64,000 nucleotides of DNA from an uncultured Candidatus Micrarchaeota archaeon. Its GTDB lineage: Archaea; Micrarchaeota; Micrarchaeia; Burarchaeales; Fermentimicrarchaeaceae. The notes beneath the pieces were generated by a model. It searched no databases. It had not been told where the DNA came from and saw only the letters and a program-made list of their open reading frames with translations. Shown here piece by piece: positions 17,567 through 24,475 of this stretch. The first letter of the stretch is position 1, and each line of letters starts with the position of its first letter. Made by a program: the position numbers and the translations under genes. The stretch spans positions 19,826 to 83,825 of the forward strand of contig CAVXDX010000013.1 in NCBI GenBank assembly GCA_963760615.1. Reading direction: 5' to 3'.

Positions 17567-17790
17567 ACCTACACATCTAGCAACACATTGCCTACATGTA
17601 GGGTTATAGAGGTGCTTATATATAAAGTTTTCGTTTTGTGTGTATCTAATGTGTAGTCTTTTATGTAGTAGTTCAGGTCCGTGTGTAAGTTTTCCATTAT
17701 ATCATACAATTTACAATACACAGTACCTATTTAATCGAAGGCAAACATTTATAAATTTCCATACACATATACCTACACGTGTGATACACA
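17567..17790. repeat. cluster of TACACA/TGTGTA short repeats and palindromes in divergent promoter region
   Basis: Exact hexamers at 17570(+), 17639(-), 17650(-), 17682(-), 17717(+), 17762(+), 17785(+); perfect palindrome CCTACATGTAGG 17591-17602; ACACGTGT 17775-17782. Confidence 0.7.
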
Positions 17791-18683
17791 TGACGGACAA
17801 TCCATTCAGCATGACGCCGATTGACAAGCCTGAGGAGTTCATCGGCTATGCAAAGGAGAAGGAGGAGCTTGAGAATTCCTTAACTGAGGCAGGCGTTACT
17901 CTTGTGCTTTCTGACATGGGCTTTGGAAAGTCCTCCCTTGTCCGGGTTCTTGGGCATGATGGGAAAGGAATTTATGTTGAGAGATGCACGAAGGACAAGC
18001 TTTACTCTGCACTTAGGCAACATATGAATGCTTTTGACCGGCTGCTGGGCAAGGATCCTACTGATGTTGTGAGCAGGCCGGTTTTCGTTGATGAGTGCGC
18101 AGCTATGGTGCCCGAGCTCGCCTCAACGTTCAATAACATGCATGACAGAGGAGTCAAGATTGTGCTCTCGCTCACGCATGACGAAAGGGCGGAGCTCGAG
18201 AAGCACCCAGTAAACAAAACTCTTTTTGATAGGGTTACAAAAACTATAATCCTTAACGGGCTGACGAAGGAAGAAGTTGTCGAGCTGATTAAGCAGAGGG
18301 CTGATGCTAAATTCACTGATAAGGCAGTTGAATTTATCTCTGGAAAATTCAGGAAGCCCAGGGATATTGTGAGAGTATGCCACAACCTCTGGAATGAGAT
18401 GGAGAAAAATGGAAAAGAAAAAGTAACCGAGGATATGCTTGGCTTCGTTCTTCCTGAAATTAAAACTAGAGAAGTAGTTGGTGGAGAGAAATCCCAGAGA
18501 ATACTCGATTATATTAAAAATAACCCCGGGGCTAAGAGAGGGGAAATTGCCGATGCACTGAAGATGAATCCAAACAGCGTAACGAATTTGCTGAAATTGT
18601 TAATGGAGAAGCATTTGGTTACGAGAACTGCCGACTTCAAGCACTATGCGGCTGGGTCGGGCGGTGAAGGGAAGAAAGAATGA
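17790..18683 (+). CDS. AAA+/archaeal ATPase with C-terminal HTH
   Basis: NPF...P...FIG start, Walker A SDMGFGKS, Walker B VFVDE, sensor-2-like KPRDIVRVC, C-terminal ILDYIKNNPGAKRGEIADALKMNPNSVTNLLKLL HTH; start MTDNPF at 17790. Confidence 0.85.
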   Translation: MTDNPFSMTPIDKPEEFIGYAKEKEELENSLTEAGVTLVLSDMGFGKSSLVRVLGHDGKGIYVERCTKDKLYSALRQHMNAFDRLLGKDPTDVVSRPVFVDECAAMVPELASTFNNMHDRGVKIVLSLTHDERAELEKHPVNKTLFDRVTKTIILNGLTKEEVVELIKQRADAKFTDKAVEFISGKFRKPRDIVRVCHNLWNEMEKNGKEKVTEDMLGFVLPEIKTREVVGGEKSQRILDYIKNNPGAKRGEIADALKMNPNSVTNLLKLLMEKHLVTRTADFKHYAAGSGGEGKKE

Positions 18684-18800
18684 GATAGAAGTCTAGACTA
18701 CAATGTTCAAGTGCTGATGCAAAAGACAGTAAAAACATATGTATGGTCTACCATACAAATCATAAGGAATAAGTTGTACTGAATCTAGGTCATTGCCGCA

Positions 18801-19034
18801 TCACTTAATCTTCAGCTCTCTTTTTATGGCGTCCCTGTCAAACCCAACTATAATCTTGCCGTTTATATCCAAAACAGGCACACCCATTTGCCCGCTCTTG
18901 TTGAACATCTCGCTGACGGCTTTCTTATCCTTTGATACATCCATATCTTCAAACTGTATATTATTCTGCTTGAGGAATTGCTTCGCCATCATGCAGTACG
19001 GGCATGTGGGAGTGGAATAAACTTTAACAACCAT
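18801..19034 (-). CDS. grx: glutaredoxin-like protein (NrdH/YruB type)
   Basis: VYSTPTCPYC, GVPV, GFD; GAGGTG SD before ATG at 19034. Confidence 0.93.
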   Translation of the reverse strand: MVVKVYSTPTCPYCMMAKQFLKQNNIQFEDMDVSKDKKAVSEMFNKSGQMGVPVLDINGKIIVGFDRDAIKRELKIK

Positions 19035-19170
19035 CTGAACACCTCGTACTTCATTCACAGTAAAAATATAAAAATGTATTGATACGTCGTAGAAGCCCTA
19101 GCTGCTTTGGGATTGCTTAAAACAGCCCCAGACGCCTCGATTTTTCAAATCCGCCCCTCAGCTAAAGAAT

Positions 19171-19926
19171 CTATTTTTTGTACGCCTTTACTTTGACACT
19201 TGTAATTTTTCCACGCAGTATGCCAGTTAACTCAGACTCATGAAATGCATTCTGGGAAACGATTTTTACATTTCTGAACCCTGCTTTTCTTATTGTCCCT
19301 ATATATTTCCTTTTCTCTAATGCTCCAGCAATGCACCCCGCCCAGGCAGCAGAGCTTCTCCTGAGTTTTTCAGGCAGTTCTCCCTCACTAACGAGGTCGG
19401 AAATCAAAACCCTTCCGCCCGGCTTTAAAACCCGGTAAGCTTCTTTGTATGTCCGCAGTTTGTCTGGAGAAAGATTGATGACGCAATTGCTGATGATTAC
19501 ATCAACAGAATTATCTTCAACAGGCAAATTTTCAATTTCCCCGACTCTAAATTCGACATTTTTGTATCCGTATTTTTTTGCTGTTTTATTGGCCTTTTTT
19601 ATCATTTCTTCCGTCATGTCAACCCCAATGACATAACCTCTTGGCCCTACTTTATTTGCAGCCAAAAATACATCAATTCCTGCACCTGCTCCCAAATCCA
19701 AGACAGTTTCTCCCTTCCTTAAATCTGCCAGTGCTGTTGGGTTTCCGCAACCCAAGCCCATAACTGCTTCTTTCGGTATTTTTCCTAGCTCTTCCTCAGA
19801 ATAGCCTATTCTCTTTGCTTGTTCGGTTGCATCATAACCGCATGGGCCGCAAGTCGGGCAACAGCTAGTGCCCTCCTTAGCAATTCGGGAATATCTCTCC
19901 TTTACAATTTCTTTTATTTTTTCCAT
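19171..19926 (-). CDS. arsM: arsenite S-adenosylmethionine methyltransferase
   Basis: SCC N-terminus, LGCGNP, VLDLGAGAGID, SNCVINL, WAGCIAGAL. Confidence 0.93.
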   Translation of the reverse strand: MEKIKEIVKERYSRIAKEGTSCCPTCGPCGYDATEQAKRIGYSEEELGKIPKEAVMGLGCGNPTALADLRKGETVLDLGAGAGIDVFLAANKVGPRGYVIGVDMTEEMIKKANKTAKKYGYKNVEFRVGEIENLPVEDNSVDVIISNCVINLSPDKLRTYKEAYRVLKPGGRVLISDLVSEGELPEKLRRSSAAWAGCIAGALEKRKYIGTIRKAGFRNVKIVSQNAFHESELTGILRGKITSVKVKAYKK

Positions 19927-20042
19927 GATTTATCCTTTATTCTAAAAATATATTAAACTTGCTCGAGACACCGAGGCATTCCCCCCTGGTTTCTTGGACT
20001 TCCGACTTCCATAAGAACTAGAGAGTATTTACGAGGTGAGAA

Positions 20043-20062
20043 GGGGGCTCTTACGAGCCCCC
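20043..20062 (-). terminator. perfect 8-bp GC hairpin just downstream of hsp20
   Basis: GGGGGCTC-TTAC-GAGCCCCC, 6 nt after the hsp20 stop, followed on the minus strand by TTCTC. Confidence 0.55.
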
Positions 20063-20068
20063 AGTGCC

Positions 20069-20491
20069 TCACTCTACTTTTATCGCCTTGCCTCCTTCCG
20101 TCTTAACTTTCTTCTTCATCCTCACTTCCAGCACGCCGTTCTTGTAGCTTGCCTTGACTTTGTCCGGGATTACCTCGCTCGGCAAAGAAAGAGCCCTATA
20201 GTAACCTCCGTACTTTCTCTCCCTGTAACAATAGTTCTCATTGCTCTCCTCCTTCTCCTCTCTCTTGTCAACCCTCACCTTGAGCATGTCTGTCGTTGTG
20301 CTTACCTTTATTTCATCCTTGCCAACTCCAGGCAGCTCCATCAAGGCCACAAGGTCCTCCCCCTCATCCATTATGTCTGTGAGAGGCTCTCTTGCTTCTT
20401 CACCAATTCCTTCCCTCTCCATGGGCTGGCATCCCCTCATCATTCTCCTCAGCCTTCTCATCTCCCCAAAAGGTCCAAAGAACTCATCCAT
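20069..20491 (-). CDS. hsp20: small heat shock protein (Hsp20/alpha-crystallin)
   Basis: EPLTDI, ELPGV, LPSEV...ASYKNGVLEV. Confidence 0.95.
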   Translation of the reverse strand: MDEFFGPFGEMRRLRRMMRGCQPMEREGIGEEAREPLTDIMDEGEDLVALMELPGVGKDEIKVSTTTDMLKVRVDKREEKEESNENYCYRERKYGGYYRALSLPSEVIPDKVKASYKNGVLEVRMKKKVKTEGGKAIKVE

Positions 20492-20506
20492 ATGTTCACC
20501 CCATAT

Positions 20507-20538
20507 TTTGTTAACAAATTATTAATCTATTAATAATT
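20507..20538. promoter_or_regulatory. two adjacent palindromes in hsp20/regulator divergent promoter
   Basis: TTTGTTAACAAA (20507-20518) and AATTATTAAT-CT-ATTAATAATT (20517-20538). Confidence 0.5.
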
Positions 20539-20581
20539 ATATAACAAAACATTTAAATACCTAACTGGTTAAAAGACAATT

Positions 20582-20989
20582 ATGCAATTTGGACGCAGGC
20601 CGACAATAATCATACGAAGAATCCAGATCCCTCTGCAGCACGATACAGAAAGATATGTTGAATGGCTCTGCGACTGCCTGGGCTTTGGTGGGGATGAGCT
20701 TGCCATAGAGATATTCAAGGATCTGCTGAAGGCGAACTACGAGGGCAAATCCCAGTCCAGCACTGAATTGTGCAAAGGAAAGGAAGTTACAAGGGCAGCG
20801 GTCATATACCACTTAAACAAGTTTATAGAGCGCGGCCTTATCGAAAGAAGAGGCAGAGCCTACTCTCTGAGAGATGCAACGCTCGCGAGCACAATTGAAG
20901 AAATAGAAGAGGATGTTCTGAGATATTTCAAGAGGCTGAAGGAAGTTGCAAAGAAGATAGATGACGAGCGTAGTATTCCTGTTGAATGA
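20582..20989 (+). CDS. winged-HTH transcriptional regulator
   Basis: SSTELC...TRAAVIYHLNKFIERGLIERRG HTH-wing pattern. Confidence 0.85.
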   Translation: MQFGRRPTIIIRRIQIPLQHDTERYVEWLCDCLGFGGDELAIEIFKDLLKANYEGKSQSSTELCKGKEVTRAAVIYHLNKFIERGLIERRGRAYSLRDATLASTIEEIEEDVLRYFKRLKEVAKKIDDERSIPVE

Positions 20990-21008
20990 CCTATTGGAGG
21001 TGGGTCAG

Positions 21009-21506
21009 ATGAATATCGAAGAGAAGCTGGAGAATTCAAAATCCATACCAGATGTCTTTGAAGTAGTCAAAGAAGTAGTGAGAAAGGTTACCAAATCCCA
21101 AAGGGCTGGGCTCATGCTGGGGCTTGCTGAGATGGGCGGGAATGAGGGCTTCTGGATAGGCGCTTTCTACCCTGTAGGTACAAACATGATAGTCATGAAC
21201 AAAACCCCGCTTAGGAAAATAGCAGAGACAAATCCGGGCCTTTTCAACTCATACTGCTTCCACATTCTTCTCCATGAATACCTGCACAGCCTAGGAATTC
21301 TCGATGAGGCAACAACGAGGAGAGCGACATATGAGATAAGCAAGGCAGTTTTCGGGGAAGGACATACTATAACTGAAATGGCGAGGGACATAAGAAAATT
21401 CCTTCCTTACATCATGCACCCAGAGCCATCTTGGACCCCTCCAGATGAGATGTACATAGAGCTTGTTGAGGGGTTTGATAGGTCAAGCGTGACATACATA
21501 ATGTGA
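21009..21506 (+). CDS. putative zinc metallopeptidase-like protein (HExxH)
   Basis: ILLHEYLHSLG motif; GGAGGTG SD before ATG at 21009. Confidence 0.7.
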   Translation: MNIEEKLENSKSIPDVFEVVKEVVRKVTKSQRAGLMLGLAEMGGNEGFWIGAFYPVGTNMIVMNKTPLRKIAETNPGLFNSYCFHILLHEYLHSLGILDEATTRRATYEISKAVFGEGHTITEMARDIRKFLPYIMHPEPSWTPPDEMYIELVEGFDRSSVTYIM

Positions 21507-21570
21507 ATTCATTCGGAATTCACCAAATAAAACCATTAAATTTTTTAAGCAGCTCAGTTAAACCACTCTT

Positions 21571-22437
21571 ATGAGAAACATATTCATAATTCCAATTTTT
21601 TTATTGTTACTGGCAGGATGCACTGCACCATGGTCTGAATGCTCCAAGGACTCGGACTGCCCGCAGGCTCTCTGCCCCGGAGCTATTGCAAAATGCGATT
21701 TTGGTAAATGCATCAATATTTACTCCAATGGAACTCTCGCAAACTGCACAAATAAGAACTGCAAGGAGTATTGCGAGGGGCTGCCGCATATTGAATGCGT
21801 GGGTTACTGGAACATATCCGGGGAATATCCAAACTGCAAATGCCAGTATAAATGCTCAACCGCGAATGTCTGCAGCTCAGACTCTGACTGCCCCAACGGT
21901 TATGCATGCTACAACTCACGTTTCTGTGGAATGGCCGAAAGTGGAGTAGCATGTGGAGATCAGGAAGGAGATTTGCTCTGCCATAAACTTTGCAACAGCA
22001 GTTCCTCCTGTCCTTCGGATATGCCATACTGCAGGAGTGTTACAATAGCACAAGGAGATGTGCTGACATTGGAGAAAATGTGCATGAAAGATGAGTGCAC
22101 TAAAGATTCAGACTGCCCGCAAGTAAGATGCATCGGGATGAGAAGCAAATGCGTTGATGGAAAATGCAGAGTTGTTGACTCCAATGGAAATTCCGGGAGA
22201 TGCAACAATGCAAGTGTAATGGACAAAGAGCTCTGCGAGGAATACGGAGGGCACTGGAATGAGTGCGGCTCTGCATGCACTGGCCAGCCTCCAGGGAACG
22301 TCTGCCCAATGGTGTGCATATCGCAGTGTGAATGTGGAGGAATAGCTGGCTGGCAGTGCCCACCAGGTTATCATTGCATGCTCTCAGGAGAAGTAGCCGA
22401 TGAGCTGGGAGTTTGCAAGGAAATTTTATACCAATAA
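21571..22437 (+). CDS. Cys-rich lipoprotein with repeated CxxDSDCP modules
   Basis: Lipobox LAGC; CSKDSDCPQ...C, CSSDSDCP, CTKDSDCPQ repeats. Confidence 0.85.
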   Translation: MRNIFIIPIFLLLLAGCTAPWSECSKDSDCPQALCPGAIAKCDFGKCINIYSNGTLANCTNKNCKEYCEGLPHIECVGYWNISGEYPNCKCQYKCSTANVCSSDSDCPNGYACYNSRFCGMAESGVACGDQEGDLLCHKLCNSSSSCPSDMPYCRSVTIAQGDVLTLEKMCMKDECTKDSDCPQVRCIGMRSKCVDGKCRVVDSNGNSGRCNNASVMDKELCEEYGGHWNECGSACTGQPPGNVCPMVCISQCECGGIAGWQCPPGYHCMLSGEVADELGVCKEILYQ

Positions 22438-22441
22438 GCGG

Positions 22442-23353
22442 TTATGATGCAAAGTGAACTATAGCAGTTTTGCTGGTTCCGCATGTACTTGCGTTTATTA
22501 AAATATCTCCAATAGAATTCGTAATATACTTTACACTTGCCTCCCCAGTTGAGTTAGTAATCTCAGATGTGCTCGGAGCGAACATTCCAGTATTAGGAGT
22601 GTCGGTAAATTTTACTGTTGCACCTGAAGCAGGGCTCCCGTCAGCATATTTGGCTGTTACATTCACATCAATCTCTGTAAATGGCGAGCCTGAAGATGGA
22701 ACTTTAAGAATAAGAGTGGAAACAGGGCAGTCAGCGCAACAGTTAGTCGGATTCTCGCCAAGAATATAATCGCACACCCTTCCCCCACAGCCATACAGTT
22801 TTGTCACATTTGGCTCAAGCTGCGCTCTTATCTGCCCGCTCACAGTATGATTTGGAGCTCCTGTGCAATCGTGATTCGTTGAGTAACCTGGAATTGCATT
22901 GCAATCGCTGTATGTAAAAGTCAGCGTGAACTCAGATTTTCTATTTCCCGTGGGGATTGTATCATTGCCAAGTATCATAACTGTGCACGAGATTGCGTCC
23001 CCTTGCCGTACTATGGTCAGATTAGGGTAGCAGTACCCAGTGTAGTTGTTCCTGCCAAGCCTGCCGACATTCTCCACTGTCGCCGTGGCGGCATTGGCGT
23101 CAATCCAAATGTCGTAACCAAGCCCGTTTATGAGCTTGTAGTTAAGTGCCATTGTTTTTCCATCAGGAGCATAACCGAATTTGAAGGTGCTGCAGCTCAG
23201 TGTTGGACTGAAGTTGCAGTAGGGTGGAAACATATTCACTATGCTGAGATAGCCTGAGTAGTACGCCATAATAAGCACGATCAGTATTATGAGCACAACC
23301 CAGCCGTATATGCCAAGGAGCTCTACTGCAGTCTGAGCTTTTTTACAATGCAT
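22442..23353 (-). CDS. large pilin-like protein with C-terminal Ig-like domain
   Basis: Class III signal KA/QTAVELLGIYGW; C-terminal VNVTAKYADGSPASGATVKFT...TNSTGEASV Big-1-like segment. Confidence 0.82.
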   Translation of the reverse strand: MHCKKAQTAVELLGIYGWVVLIILIVLIMAYYSGYLSIVNMFPPYCNFSPTLSCSTFKFGYAPDGKTMALNYKLINGLGYDIWIDANAATATVENVGRLGRNNYTGYCYPNLTIVRQGDAISCTVMILGNDTIPTGNRKSEFTLTFTYSDCNAIPGYSTNHDCTGAPNHTVSGQIRAQLEPNVTKLYGCGGRVCDYILGENPTNCCADCPVSTLILKVPSSGSPFTEIDVNVTAKYADGSPASGATVKFTDTPNTGMFAPSTSEITNSTGEASVKYITNSIGDILINASTCGTSKTAIVHFAS

Positions 23354-23385
23354 AAGGTATTTGGAATTAACTCACTATTTAAGCC

Positions 23386-23898
23386 TTATTGGTCTCTTGC
23401 TATCACACCGAATTTGGCATAGGGTTTGCTGGTGCCGCTCCTCAGCTCCTCAAATATAACCTGGCTGACTCGCATGCCAGCCTTGACTAGTATCCTCTTT
23501 CTGGAGAGGTTCACTATCTCCAGAATCTGGTGGTTTCTCGAGCCCGGCTGTATGAAACTGCTTGTTATATGAATTGCCAGCCCCAGCCTGGCAAAACTGC
23601 TTCTTCCCTCAAGCCTCCCGGAGATGTTTGGAGGTAGCTCTATCCTCTCAACGGTTTTTCCAAGAATCATGTCCCCGGGCTTCAGCTCCACGGAATCTGC
23701 TGTGAAGTGCTCCATAACATCGTTGAAGCCGACCTTTGAAATATCAATTCTTTTTGCTGTCTTTTTTTGCTTCCAGAATTCATTACTCAGTGTAAGGTCA
23801 ACCGAAGCAGGCCCCATCTGCTCCTTTCCCGGAGTCGGGGTTATCCTTATGATCCCTCTTTTCATGTACTTGGCTATGTCCCTGTCAGACAGAATCAT
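23386..23898 (-). CDS. dcd: dCTP deaminase
   Basis: MILSDRDI, GPASVDLTL, EGRSSFARLG, IQPG, QVIFE. Confidence 0.95.
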   Translation of the reverse strand: MILSDRDIAKYMKRGIIRITPTPGKEQMGPASVDLTLSNEFWKQKKTAKRIDISKVGFNDVMEHFTADSVELKPGDMILGKTVERIELPPNISGRLEGRSSFARLGLAIHITSSFIQPGSRNHQILEIVNLSRKRILVKAGMRVSQVIFEELRSGTSKPYAKFGVIARDQ

Positions 23899-23980
23899 AC
23901 AAACACCGCATTCTATTTGCATGGGATAAGTTTTAATACCATAATACTAAATCTCTATTGACAAATACAGGTATGTCAAC

Positions 23981-24454
23981 ATGGCAAGGGCACAGGCGGC
24001 AATGGAGTTTATAATGACATACGGATGGATGCTCGTCATACTAGTTGTCGTGCTCGCAGCCCTGGGTTACTTGGGCATATTCACAATCCAAAGGCCCATA
24101 GGGTGCAGCTTCCCGGGAAATTTTGTCTGCAAAGCAGTGAAGCTCACAGCAGACGGCAACCTGACAATGGACCTATCCCAAGATACGGGCCATGACATAA
24201 ATATTTTGGGGCTGAACTGCACAAAAAATCCAGGCACTAACCCGTCATTGACTACAATTAATGCATTCATAAGAAACAGTGACCATAACATTACTGCCAA
24301 TGGCACCAATATAAAGTGCCTCGACACTTCTGGGAAAAGCGCAACTGGGAGGATCGGCGGGACGTATACGGGGCAAATTCTCGTGTACTACATAGAGAAT
24401 GACACGGGGATGACGCACCTAGTTACAGGAGATATAACTGCTACTTATGAATAA
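23981..24454 (+). CDS. type IV pilin-like protein
   Basis: Class III signal RA/QAAMEFIMTYGW. Confidence 0.88.
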   Translation: MARAQAAMEFIMTYGWMLVILVVVLAALGYLGIFTIQRPIGCSFPGNFVCKAVKLTADGNLTMDLSQDTGHDINILGLNCTKNPGTNPSLTTINAFIRNSDHNITANGTNIKCLDTSGKSATGRIGGTYTGQILVYYIENDTGMTHLVTGDITATYE

Positions 24455-24475
24455 GCTTGGTTCGCTCCTCAGCTG

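Noticed and set aside
16700-18800. Integrated element with att sites around the nuclease/ATPase module
   Set aside because: No integrase, adjacent tRNA or flanking direct repeat could be found by eye.
18690-18800. Frame CGNDL...YICFYC continuing after the grx stop (possible read-through or zinc-finger relic)
   Set aside because: No start codon, short, and grx is complete at its TGA; insufficient support.
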